A DNA stretch of 64,000 nucleotides from Opitutia bacterium (GTDB taxonomy: Bacteria > Verrucomicrobiota > Verrucomicrobiia > Opitutales > Opitutaceae), in contig CANJVR010000002.1 of assembly GCA_947478395.1 (NCBI GenBank), forward strand, positions 480,001 through 544,000, written 5' to 3'. Positions 1 through 8,943 of this stretch are shown in pieces. The notes under the pieces are model-generated. The model was not told where the DNA came from. It did no database searches and was given only the letters and a program-made list of their open reading frames with translations. The position numbers and the translations under genes are program-made. Numbering within the stretch: position 1 is the stretch's first letter; each line of letters starts with the position of its first letter.

Positions 1-2652
1 TAGGAGCGGTTCGGAAGTTTCCGCCTGTTCCGAAACCTGGGTCGCGCGATTAATAAGGTCGCTCGTGCGCTTCCGAATTTGGTCGACCTCATCGATCGCG
101 GCCTGCCGGTCGGGCGACTCGGTGAGACGTTTTTGTTTCGGATCGTCGAGCCCGGCGATTTTTTTCGTCACGTCCTCCTGCTTCTGGGCCAGCTCGCGAG
201 CCTCGGTCCGCATTTCACGCAGATCGTCGGCGAACTCGCTCGAATTTTGTTTCCGCAGTTCGTCGCGCATTTGCTGGAGCTGCCGCTCCGCCCGGGTACC
301 GGACGCGAGCGCTTGCGAAACCGAACCTTGGCCCGTCGCGTCGGAAGATTTTTGCAGGTCGCTGCGGGTCTGATCGAGCTGGTCGCGCTGCTGCTGCATG
401 GCGGACTGATTTTCCGGCTTATCCATGCGCTGCTTCACCTCGTCCATATCCGCGAGCATCTGCTGCTGTTCTTCCTGCAGGCGCTTCAACTGGCGGCGAA
501 CATCCTCTTTTTCCTGCTCGGTGTTCGCGGCTTGGAGCGCGGTCTGCAATTCCTTGAGTTTCTGATTCACGTCCTGCTGCCGGCGCGCGAGTTCCTGCAG
601 GCGGTTCAACACCTGATTCTGCTCGCGCCGCTCGGGGGATTGCGGGGACTTGGCCTGCCGCTGAGTTTCGTAGCGGTTTTCTGATTGGGCCAGATCGAGT
701 TCGTCGATCTGACGCTGGTTGCCTTGCTGGCCACCGCCCCCTTGCCCGCGCTGCCGGCGGCTGCGCGTCACGTCGGTTTCGCGCGCCTGAAGTTTCAACA
801 ACGCTTGATAGGCGGCCTGTTCGGCCGTGAGTGCAGACGCCAGCAGCTCGGGCTTCTTGCCGGCGGCATCGAGTTGATCGACGGCTTTCTCCATTTCCTT
901 GGTCACGGCCGACCAAAGGGTCTGACTGCGCGGATTGCGGGCCTTGCTTTCGCCGTCTTTCGCCTGGGTCAGGGCCTGTTGCTGCGAATCGTGGACGACG
1001 GCGGTGTCCTCCGCGATTTTCGGCGCCGCAGCGTCACGCAGCAGTTTCCACGTCGCGCTCATGATCTGCTTCTGCAGCTCGGTCAGCTTCTGGGCCTGTT
1101 GCCCCTGCTGTCCCTGTTGCTGCTGCTGCTGCTGATCCTCGGACTGCATCGCTTGGCTTTCGCGGTAGATTTCGTCGAAGGGCCGTACCTCTGCAAAAAA
1201 CATGTCGCTGCTCGTGCGCCGGATCTTGGCGTCGGGGCCAATATCGTCGGCCCACAAATAGTAGGAAATGAGGTCGTCGGTTTTAGCCCCGATCTCCTCG
1301 AGGCTGATCACGCGGGTGATGGTGCGCTTTTCTTTACCCGGCAGATCACGGCCGAGCTCGATGAATTTTGTTTCCTGTCCAGCCATCGTATACGCGAGGC
1401 CGAAGGCGGGTGAGCCGAAATCGTCCCAGACGGTTCCCTCGAACGCGATTTCCTCGAGCGCCGACGGACGGACGTCGCCGCGCGGCGCGAGCAATTTCAA
1501 TTCGGGCCGGCGGTTCGGCAGCACGTCGATGACGAACGGCGCCGAGATTTTGTTCTCCCGGCCCTCGTCGTCGACGAGTTTGAGATCGTAACTTTGCGTG
1601 GTGGCGAGTGGGTAGTCGCTCAGCAAAGCGACGGCTTTTCCGGCGGTAACCTTGAGCGGGATTTCCGCTTTCGATTTATTGCGCGCGATGAGCGTAGCAG
1701 ACACGACGGGCTTGTTCAGCTGGAGCGTCAGTGTGAGCTGGGTGCCTTCGACCGCGCTGATGCGGTGGGTGTCCTCGATGCGTTTCGCCGGGAGCTTCGT
1801 ATAATCGGGGTACTTCAGATCGGCGTCGGCACGCGCGAGACGGGGATGCTCGAAGACCTTCACCTTAAATTCGCGGGTCCGCTCGCCATTGTAGTCGAGC
1901 CGGTAGGTGAAATCGCTCGCGACCTCGGGCACGCTGCCGCCGAAAACCGGATCGGCCAAGCTTTTCACGAGGCTAATCTTGCGCGCGGGCGAAGCCGCGT
2001 CGTTGACCACCATTTCGACCCCAGGCGGAAGCCGCCCGCCGAAACGCGCGAGGACGACGAGACTTTCGCCGCGCTCGATGGTGGTGTCGCCCGGACTCAC
2101 ACTCACTCCGCCCGACTCCACGAAGGTAAACGCCGGTGCGCCGACGCTTTTTTTAGTCCACGTTGTACGTCCCTGCCAGAGAGTCGCGGTCAGAAGAATC
2201 AGGGCGGCCAGCTGGAGAAACGAAGCCAGGCGCAGTTGGGCACGCGGGGCCGCGGCGCGCCATTCGTTGGTCTGCTGGCAATGGTTCACAGCCTGCTGCA
2301 CCACGCGTTGCTCAAGGTACGAGCCTGCGTTGTCCGCGTGCGGCTGCTGCACCGCGGTCAGAAGCAAGCCGCGCAATTCAGGATAGGCATTTTCAACTTT
2401 CTGCGCGGCGGCCCGTTCATCGAGCCGCGTGCGATAGCTGCGAATCACGAGGATCACCGCGACGCTTCCCGCCACGGCGGCGAGGAGCGGAAAGGAATAC
2501 GGCGCCGCCCAGATGCCCTGGCGTTGGAGCACGAGCAGCGCGGCGCCGACGATCGCAGCCACCAGCCAGGAGAGAGCGAGGGAGCGGGCGAGGTGCAGCC
2601 ATTGATGACGACCAATCACCCGGCGCAATCGAGACGAGAGAAAATCTTTCAT
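1..2652 (-). CDS. Large membrane-anchored coiled-coil protein (DUF4175-like), 3' end beyond the window
   Basis: Not in the ORF track because it has no stop in the window. Manual translation from ATG 2652, which overlaps the upstream TGA (ATGA): MKDFLSSRLRRVIGRHQWLHLARSLALSW... It has N-terminal TM helices, a 'YPDYTKLP' beta-rich region, then a long Q/E-rich coiled coil with poly-Q near 1090-1135. Confidence 0.8.
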   Translation of the reverse strand, partial: MKDFLSSRLRRVIGRHQWLHLARSLALSWLVAAIVGAALLVLQRQGIWAAPYSFPLLAAVAGSVAVILVIRSYRTRLDERAAAQKVENAYPELRGLLLTAVQQPHADNAGSYLEQRVVQQAVNHCQQTNEWRAAAPRAQLRLASFLQLAALILLTATLWQGRTTWTKKSVGAPAFTFVESGGVSVSPGDTTIERGESLVVLARFGGRLPPGVEMVVNDAASPARKISLVKSLADPVFGGSVPEVASDFTYRLDYNGERTREFKVKVFEHPRLARADADLKYPDYTKLPAKRIEDTHRISAVEGTQLTLTLQLNKPVVSATLIARNKSKAEIPLKVTAGKAVALLSDYPLATTQSYDLKLVDDEGRENKISAPFVIDVLPNRRPELKLLAPRGDVRPSALEEIAFEGTVWDDFGSPAFGLAYTMAGQETKFIELGRDLPGKEKRTITRVISLEEIGAKTDDLISYYLWADDIGPDAKIRRTSSDMFFAEVRPFDEIYRESQAMQSEDQQQQQQQGQQGQQAQKLTELQKQIMSATWKLLRDAAAPKIAEDTAVVHDSQQQALTQAKDGESKARNPRSQTLWSAVTKEMEKAVDQLDAAGKKPELLASALTAEQAAYQALLKLQARETDVTRSRRQRGQGGGGQQGNQRQIDELDLAQSENRYETQRQAKSPQSPERREQNQVLNRLQELARRQQDVNQKLKELQTALQAANTEQEKEDVRRQLKRLQEEQQQMLADMDEVKQRMDKPENQSAMQQQRDQLDQTRSDLQKSSDATGQGSVSQALASGTRAERQLQQMRDELRKQNSSEFADDLREMRTEARELAQKQEDVTKKIAGLDDPKQKRLTESPDRQAAIDEVDQIRKRTSDLINRATQVSEQAETSEPLL

Positions 2653-4751
2653 GGGGAAGTGGGAACGTTGACAGGAGAACTCTTACGCGCGGTCCGCCCA
2701 GCGAGCAAGGACTCGCCCAGCAAAACCGCGATCGTGGCGAGAATGAACCAACGCCAAAGTTTTTGCCGGCTTTCGGCTTCCGTGCTCTGGAGCGCAATTT
2801 CCTTGGCGACATCAATCGCCGCCGTGGGCTTCGAGTGGGCCAGCGGGGCGCCGAGGCGTTCGAGTTCCTCGATCGCAAGTGGGGCCGTGCGCATCTCCGC
2901 GGCGTCGAGGTTCACGACGTACGACTGGGTGCGGCCACCGGCGGCGACGCGATAAACGCCCGGACGCGTCGTGTCAGCGAAGCTGGTCGCTCCCGCCGCC
3001 AGCGCGCGGAGCGTGCCATCGGGTAACGTCACGCTTGGCACCTCGACGCCCGCCGTCGCGAGCGGGATCGCATCGCCGACGAGATATTGGGCAGCCCGAG
3101 TCGTGAGCGCGCCACTGTATTCCAACAGGGCGTAAATCAATGGCACGAATTTCGAGGAGACCGCGAGTTGGCTGTCCTCGGGATTCCACCCCGCCGTCAG
3201 AATGATGATCCGGCCTTTCCCCGTGGGAATCTCCAGCAAGGCCGGATCGCCATTATCAAATTTTGCGATGGACCGCGCACCGGCAAACGCGGTCGATACG
3301 ATTTTTCGGTATTTCCAAAAATGAATCTTGGTGAAGTCGCTGAACCGAGGATCGGCGAATGCGGCGAAGAGCGGATGCTGGAAGTCGATTTCTGCGAGCA
3401 TGGCGTAGCTGGCCGGTTTGCCCTCCTCCACCTCGACCTGGTTCACGCCGAACAACGGGGCAAGTTGGGCGGCGGCCGCGGCCGATTTGAGCGCCACGAA
3501 AATGGTTTTTCCGGCGAGGACCTGCTCGCGCAGAGCCGTCGCACCGGCCGCGGGCATGGCCTCGGTCACGATCAACAACGCCGCCGAACGTCCCGCACTC
3601 TCGATCAACGGCGCGCTCGGCAACTGCGGGCTGATCTTAAAGGCCAGGCGCGGGGAATCGGACAGCGCGCGTTGCAGAAAATAGAGCGGCTGCGTGGAAT
3701 CCTCGGCCTTTTCTGAACCGAGATAAGCGAGGTCGATCTTCTGCTGCACGGGCGGGATGAGAAAGGCGGTGTTATCGAAATCCTCGTCGTCGCCGCGCAG
3801 TACGATCGACTGCGCTCCACCGGACGATTCCACGGGCAGCGAAAGAATGCGGCTCTGACCGGGTGGGACGTAGGTGTCGACGCTCGACCCGACGAATTCC
3901 GAGGTGCCGGGTCGCATCCAGCCAACTTTGAATTGTTCACGATTGGAGTCGGCGGCGTTACTGACGCGCACCCGCACCGTCGTCGCAGCCTGCCGGTCGG
4001 TGTCGACCGCATCGCCGAGCAACTGCACGCCCGCGTTGGTCGGGTTGCGGGCCTTCAAAGTTTCCACGGTAAGCTCAACGCCCTTCGGCCACTCATACGC
4101 CTGCAGCGCTTCAAGGCGGGCGCCTGATTGCAGGTCGGTGATCAGCACGATCTGGCGCAAGCCTGCGCTCTTCAAGCCGTCGACATCACCGAGTGCCTCA
4201 GCCGCGGTCACAAGCGACGCGCCGAGATTCGTTCCGGACCAACCCGGAGACGTTTCCGCGATCCGGGCCGTGGCGAACGCGACCCGGGCGTCGAGCGCCG
4301 TTTTATCCCACTCCGCAAAACCGATGAGCGAGTGCGCCTGAGTTCCGAAAGTAAAAACCGCGACTTGATCGCTGGCATCGACGCTGCGGAGGACGGCGGT
4401 AGCTCGCGCTTTCGCGTCGGCCCACAAGTCCGCACGGCGCATGCTGGCGCTGACATCGATGAGCACGAGGACGCGCTTGGTCGGGCCCGACGGAATATCG
4501 GCCGCGGCCGTTTGTTTGAAAAACGGACGGGAAAAACCAGCGGCCAGCAACGCGAGTGCCAAACAGCGCAACAACAGGAGCAGCCAGTGCTCGAGGCGGC
4601 TGCGCTTCGTCAATCGCGGCGGAGTCGGCTGAAAAAACATCAACGAACTGAACACCGTTCGCTCACGGGTGGTCCGGCGGATGAGATGGAAAATAATGGG
4701 CGCGCCGATGGCGAGAGCACCCAGCAAAAAGAATGGGGCGAGAAAACTCAT
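2649..4751 (-). CDS. BatA N-terminal double-TM / vWA domain membrane protein
   Basis: BatA-like N-terminus (MSFLAPFFLLGALAIGAPIIFHLIRR), MIDAS DVSAS motif, C-terminal TM helix; 4-nt overlaps with both neighbours. Confidence 0.85.
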   Translation of the reverse strand: MSFLAPFFLLGALAIGAPIIFHLIRRTTRERTVFSSLMFFQPTPPRLTKRSRLEHWLLLLLRCLALALLAAGFSRPFFKQTAAADIPSGPTKRVLVLIDVSASMRRADLWADAKARATAVLRSVDASDQVAVFTFGTQAHSLIGFAEWDKTALDARVAFATARIAETSPGWSGTNLGASLVTAAEALGDVDGLKSAGLRQIVLITDLQSGARLEALQAYEWPKGVELTVETLKARNPTNAGVQLLGDAVDTDRQAATTVRVRVSNAADSNREQFKVGWMRPGTSEFVGSSVDTYVPPGQSRILSLPVESSGGAQSIVLRGDDEDFDNTAFLIPPVQQKIDLAYLGSEKAEDSTQPLYFLQRALSDSPRLAFKISPQLPSAPLIESAGRSAALLIVTEAMPAAGATALREQVLAGKTIFVALKSAAAAAQLAPLFGVNQVEVEEGKPASYAMLAEIDFQHPLFAAFADPRFSDFTKIHFWKYRKIVSTAFAGARSIAKFDNGDPALLEIPTGKGRIIILTAGWNPEDSQLAVSSKFVPLIYALLEYSGALTTRAAQYLVGDAIPLATAGVEVPSVTLPDGTLRALAAGATSFADTTRPGVYRVAAGGRTQSYVVNLDAAEMRTAPLAIEELERLGAPLAHSKPTAAIDVAKEIALQSTEAESRQKLWRWFILATIAVLLGESLLAGRTARKSSPVNVPTSP

Positions 4752-5683
4752 GACTGGCTACGTGTGATGGTTCGGCCGCGCCGGATGCGGTCCTGCATGA
4801 ATTCGAACAGGGCAAGTTCCAGCGGGCGGTCCGTCGGCACGCGATGATGAACGATGCCAAGCTTCTGGCAGATCTTGTGCAGCGCCGCACTATGCGCCTC
4901 GAATTTCTCGATGTATCCGGCGCGAATCGCGGCGGGATCGATGTAGATTTCACGATCTGATTCCACGTCCTGAAACAACGAAGCCTGCTCAAACCCAAGC
5001 GTGATCTCCTGCGGATCGAGAATTTGAAATACGACCGTTTCCTGACCGCACGCGTTGACCGCCATCAGGCTGCGCTCAAGGCGGTCGATGGGCGCGAGAA
5101 AGTCGGAAATCATTACGATCATGCCGCGCTTCCGCACCAACTGGGTGATGCGCTCCAGAGGCGAAACGAGATTGGTGGCCCGGCCGCCTGCGGGTTTTTC
5201 CAAGGCCAGCATGAGCTGACGTAGATGATCAGTCCGATGGCGGGCGGGAAGATAGTCGCGCACCCGCTCGTCGAAGGACAGCAGGCCGACCGCGTCGCCC
5301 TGCTGATGGATAAAATACGACAAGGTCGCCGCCAGCGTCGCCGCATAGTGCGCCTTGGTATAACTCAGCGAGCCGTAACTCATCGAGAGGCTCTGATCGA
5401 CGATCAGATGGACGCGCAGATTGGTTTCGTCCTCAAATTTCTTAATGAAGTATCGGTCGCTGCGCGCATACACCCGCCAGTCGAGATAACGGAGATCGTC
5501 ACCCGGCGTATACTGGCGGTACTCACTGAACTCGACGGAAAATCCGTGATACGGACTGCGGTGCATGCCACTCCAAAATCCTTCGACGACCGAGCGCGCC
5601 CGCAGTACGAGACTGCGAATACTCATCAGCGCTTTCGGATCGATCAGCGCGGCGGAGGCGAGCGAGGGGGCGGCGGAAGTCAT
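4748..5683 (-). CDS. DUF58 family vWA-like protein
   Basis: GMHRSPYHGFSVEFSEYRQYTPGDDLRYLDW and KKFEDETN motifs; lies next to MoxR. Confidence 0.92.
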   Translation of the reverse strand: MTSAAPSLASAALIDPKALMSIRSLVLRARSVVEGFWSGMHRSPYHGFSVEFSEYRQYTPGDDLRYLDWRVYARSDRYFIKKFEDETNLRVHLIVDQSLSMSYGSLSYTKAHYAATLAATLSYFIHQQGDAVGLLSFDERVRDYLPARHRTDHLRQLMLALEKPAGGRATNLVSPLERITQLVRKRGMIVMISDFLAPIDRLERSLMAVNACGQETVVFQILDPQEITLGFEQASLFQDVESDREIYIDPAAIRAGYIEKFEAHSAALHKICQKLGIVHHRVPTDRPLELALFEFMQDRIRRGRTITRSQS

Positions 5684-5684
5684 A

Positions 5685-5777
5685 AGGTAGGGCGGGTTAT
5701 CCCTAACCCGCCGCTGCGACTCGATTCATAGAGAGAGCGACGCCAAACCGGCGCGTTAAGGATAACGCGCCCTACCT
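5685..5777. repeat. GTAG-type REP doublet (REPIN), family A
   Basis: aggtagggcgggttatccctaacccgccg ... cggcgcgttaaggataacgcgccctacct; reverse-complement homologue at 30572-30663. Confidence 0.85.
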
Positions 5778-5812
5778 CGGAGTTGCTGCCGTTGAACGTC
5801 ATGGTCGCGGAT

Positions 5813-6844
5813 TTATTTGGCCACTGGCGCCTTGGCCGCGGCGACGAGCCGGCGAATCACTTCCTCAACGCGGATGCCCTCCGCCTCGGCGCGGTAGTTG
5901 AGGAGGATGCGATGCCTCAGCACCGGCGCGACGAGCGCTTGGATATCCTCGACGCCAACATGCGCCCGGCCTTGGAGCAACGCGCGCGCCTTGGCGCCGA
6001 GCACGAGAAACTGCGCGGCGCGGGTACCCGCGCCCCAGCTGACCCAGTCGTTGACGAAGTCCGGTGTGCCCGTTTGCCGCGGGCGCGAAAGACTCGCGAG
6101 TTGCACCGCGTAGCGCACCATTTCATTGGCGATCGGCATTCCGCGTACGAGCTGGTGGAAACGGAGCACATCTTCGCCGGAGAACAACGCCTCGATCGCC
6201 GCGGGCCGCGTCGAAGTCGTCTGCGTCACAACCTTCACCTCGTCGTCCTCGGGGAGATAGTCCATCACCACGTTAAACATGAAGCGGTCGAGCTGCGCCT
6301 CGGGCAGCGGATAGGTGCCTTCCATCTCGATGGGATTTTGCGTTGCGAGAACGAAGAACGGTTCCTCGAGGCCGTGACGCACGCCGGCGGCGGTCACTTG
6401 ATGTTCCTGCATCGCCTCAAGCAGCGCGGCCTGAGTTTTCGGCGGCGTACGGTTGATTTCGTCGGCGAGCAACATGTTCGCAAACACGGGGCCGCGCACG
6501 AATGTCAGCTTACGTTCGCCGCCGGTGTCCTGCAGGATCTCGGTACCGGTGATATCGGCCGGCATCAGATCGGGGGTGAATTGGATACGCTGAAACTTCA
6601 GGTGGAAAATCTGCGCGATCGATTTCACGAGCAGCGTCTTGGCGAGACCGGGTGCGCCGGTGATGAGGCAGTGTCCACCGGCCAGCAGCGCGAGCATGAT
6701 CTGGTCGATGACTTCGCGCTGGCCGATGATCACCTTGCCCAGCTCCGCGGCGATTTTATCGCGGCTGCTGATCAGGCGCTCGACGGCGTCGCGCTCGGCT
6801 TCGTAGGCATTAGGGGCAAGGACGGGGGGCGTAGGGGAGCTCAT
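5813..6844 (-). CDS. moxR: MoxR family AAA+ ATPase
   Basis: Walker A GAPGLAKT, RIQFTPDLMPADITG, LADEINRTPPKTQAALLEAMQE, ATQNPIEMEGTYPLPEAQLDRF. Confidence 0.95.
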   Translation of the reverse strand: MSSPTPPVLAPNAYEAERDAVERLISSRDKIAAELGKVIIGQREVIDQIMLALLAGGHCLITGAPGLAKTLLVKSIAQIFHLKFQRIQFTPDLMPADITGTEILQDTGGERKLTFVRGPVFANMLLADEINRTPPKTQAALLEAMQEHQVTAAGVRHGLEEPFFVLATQNPIEMEGTYPLPEAQLDRFMFNVVMDYLPEDDEVKVVTQTTSTRPAAIEALFSGEDVLRFHQLVRGMPIANEMVRYAVQLASLSRPRQTGTPDFVNDWVSWGAGTRAAQFLVLGAKARALLQGRAHVGVEDIQALVAPVLRHRILLNYRAEAEGIRVEEVIRRLVAAAKAPVAK

Positions 6845-6851
6845 TGAATTC

Positions 6852-8063
6852 TTAGTGGGTCATCACGTAGAAGATGATGTTGATGCCGAGCGGATAGGAT
6901 ATCTTTTCGGAAAACGTGTGAAAATATTCGGGGTTCTCTCCCTCGCGCTCCCAGCCATCGCTGACGTCGCTGTTATGGATGGCGATAACCCGGATGCGCT
7001 GTTTGTCGTCGAGCCAAGCCCGCACATGCATGTCCTCAGACCCCACGCTGCGGCTGACGCGTTGCAACGGCGGCGAACCCGGATTGTCGGGGTCGTGGGC
7101 CTGGTTCCAAAACTGCATGGTCGGTACCTGCAGTTTGTGCATGGGACCACTGAGATGGAAAACACAGTTGAACACAGGGTGCTCGAGCGGGAGATCGACC
7201 CACCCTTCGCCCGGCAGGACCCGCTTCATTTCGGCGGCGAACCCATCCCACTCGGGCCCACTCCAAAAATCGTTCACGAAAAGCACGCCGCCGTTGCGCA
7301 GATATTTCCGCAACGCGGTGACCTCGTCATCGCGCAACGCCATGTAGCCGGGATGCTCCATGTAAATGAGCGGGTAGTCCGTAAGAGCGGGATCGCCTAG
7401 TTTAATCACGCGACCGTCGGGATCGGTCCGAATCGAGGTCATCTGTTGCAAGCGATACGAAAAATTCAAATCGGCGTCGGGGAAATCAACCCACCAGCCA
7501 AACCGAGGGCCCACGCCGAGTGCCCCGTCGAACATGACCCGACGTCCATCAAAACCTGCGCTGTTGCGCAGCGCATTTTTGAAAACGACGCGCGTAAACG
7601 TGAACACGTCTTTTTCGAAGCCGCCGCGGTTGCTCCACTCCGGCGTACCGGTGCTGTGCGTCAGCGTTTCTCGCGCGGTGCGAACAGTATCCTCGTCGAT
7701 CAGACCTCCGCCTTCGATGCGGACGAGCGAGCCAACTCCGGTGTCACCGGTAGGACCGCCACCACCACCAATAAAATTCATGGGCGGCAACTGGGCGAGG
7801 CCCAGCGTTGGAACGAAGACCAACGTCGCAAGCAGCGTGACGACTCCCAGTTTCTTCAGGACGTATCCAGAAAAGATCGATCCGAACGTCGGACGGGTTA
7901 GCCCGACGCGACCGGCTTGGCGCCTGAGCGAAGTCGAACCGCCTAACCCGCCGCTGCGGCTCGATGAACGCAGATGGCGGAGCCAATCAAACGCACGAAG
8001 GAGAACGCGCCCTGCCTTTTTTAGCCCGGACGTTTGTTCTGAAAAGTTTGCCCGCGACAACAT
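6852..8063 (-). CDS. DUF4159 domain protein (paralogue 2), exported, with an unusual N-terminal extension
   Basis: W.D.PDADLNFSYRLQQMT, LRKYLRNGG, DGWERE and C-terminal YPLGINIIFYVMTH. The ATG lies 1 nt after the upstream stop; the start is uncertain. Confidence 0.82.
   Translation of the reverse strand: MLSRANFSEQTSGLKKAGRVLLRAFDWLRHLRSSSRSGGLGGSTSLRRQAGRVGLTRPTFGSIFSGYVLKKLGVVTLLATLVFVPTLGLAQLPPMNFIGGGGGPTGDTGVGSLVRIEGGGLIDEDTVRTARETLTHSTGTPEWSNRGGFEKDVFTFTRVVFKNALRNSAGFDGRRVMFDGALGVGPRFGWWVDFPDADLNFSYRLQQMTSIRTDPDGRVIKLGDPALTDYPLIYMEHPGYMALRDDEVTALRKYLRNGGVLFVNDFWSGPEWDGFAAEMKRVLPGEGWVDLPLEHPVFNCVFHLSGPMHKLQVPTMQFWNQAHDPDNPGSPPLQRVSRSVGSEDMHVRAWLDDKQRIRVIAIHNSDVSDGWEREGENPEYFHTFSEKISYPLGINIIFYVMTH
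7888..7975. repeat. Degenerate family-A REP remnants inside the DUF4159 ORF
   Basis: gtcggacgggttagcccgacgcgaccggcttggcgc resembles 30574-30609; cctaacccgccgctgcggctcgat matches 5702-5725 with one mismatch. Confidence 0.65.
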
Positions 8064-8064
8064 A

Positions 8065-8943
8065 TCAGTGGGTCATCACGTAGAAGATCACGTTAATCCC
8101 GAGCGGGTACGCGGTCTTCTCCGAAAAATTGAGAAAATACTGCGTGTTCTCTCCTTCCCGCTCCCAGCCGTCGCCATTGTCGGTGTTATGCATCGCGATC
8201 ACCATCATCCGTCCCTTGTCGTCGAAGATGGCGCGGTGGTGAACGGTGCGGGTGTCGCCGTCGTGGTATTCGGCGGTTTCCCCGCCACTGCCATCCCAAA
8301 AACGAATCCCGGGGACCTGGCCTTTGGCTTTGATCTCAAACACGCAGTGATAAATAGGATGGTCGAGCGACAGTTCCTTAAAGCTGCGGTCGGGAAACAC
8401 CTTTTTCAACTCGCGCTCCACGTTGTTCCACGCGCTGTCGCCCCAGAAGTCATCGAGCATGAGAAAGCCGCCGTTCAGCAGGTATTTTCTCAGCGCGGTT
8501 ACTTCGTTTTCTTGAAAATAAAGCCGTCCCGGCTCGACGATGTAGACGAACGGATAGTCCACCAGGTCCGGATCGGTCAGGCGAATGTACCGGCCATCCG
8601 GATTCACCTTCATCGAGGTCATCTGCTGTAACCGGTACGAAAGGTTCAGGTCGCTGTCCGGCGTATCCGTTGCCCAACTGCCGCCACCGCCGCCACCACC
8701 GCCGCGCCCACGGCCGAACCCGCCGCCGCCAGAGCTGTAACGAATCCGGGTAAACGTGAACACATCGCGCTCGAACGCCTTCGGGTTGCTCCACATCGGC
8801 GTGCCGGTGCTGTGCGACGCGACTTCGCGGGGGGCCTTCGTGTCGTCGCTGATGTAGCCGCCTTCGCCGCCAAAAAAGCGCTGGGCGACGACCATGCCCG
8901 TGAGAGCCAGAAACAGCGCGAGAAATTTATGCGTTCGTTTCAT
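8065..8943 (-). CDS. DUF4159 domain protein (paralogue 1) with signal peptide
   Basis: MKRTHKFLALFLALTGMVVA signal, WATDTPDSDLNLSYRLQQMT, DGWEREGE, YPLGINVIFYVMTH. Confidence 0.88.
   Translation of the reverse strand: MKRTHKFLALFLALTGMVVAQRFFGGEGGYISDDTKAPREVASHSTGTPMWSNPKAFERDVFTFTRIRYSSGGGGFGRGRGGGGGGGGSWATDTPDSDLNLSYRLQQMTSMKVNPDGRYIRLTDPDLVDYPFVYIVEPGRLYFQENEVTALRKYLLNGGFLMLDDFWGDSAWNNVERELKKVFPDRSFKELSLDHPIYHCVFEIKAKGQVPGIRFWDGSGGETAEYHDGDTRTVHHRAIFDDKGRMMVIAMHNTDNGDGWEREGENTQYFLNFSEKTAYPLGINVIFYVMTH

Noticed and set aside
65..2955. Long plus-strand ORFs (79-684, 685-1413, 1594-2955)
   Set aside because: Antisense shadows of the real minus-strand gene at 1-2652; such shadows are common at high GC.
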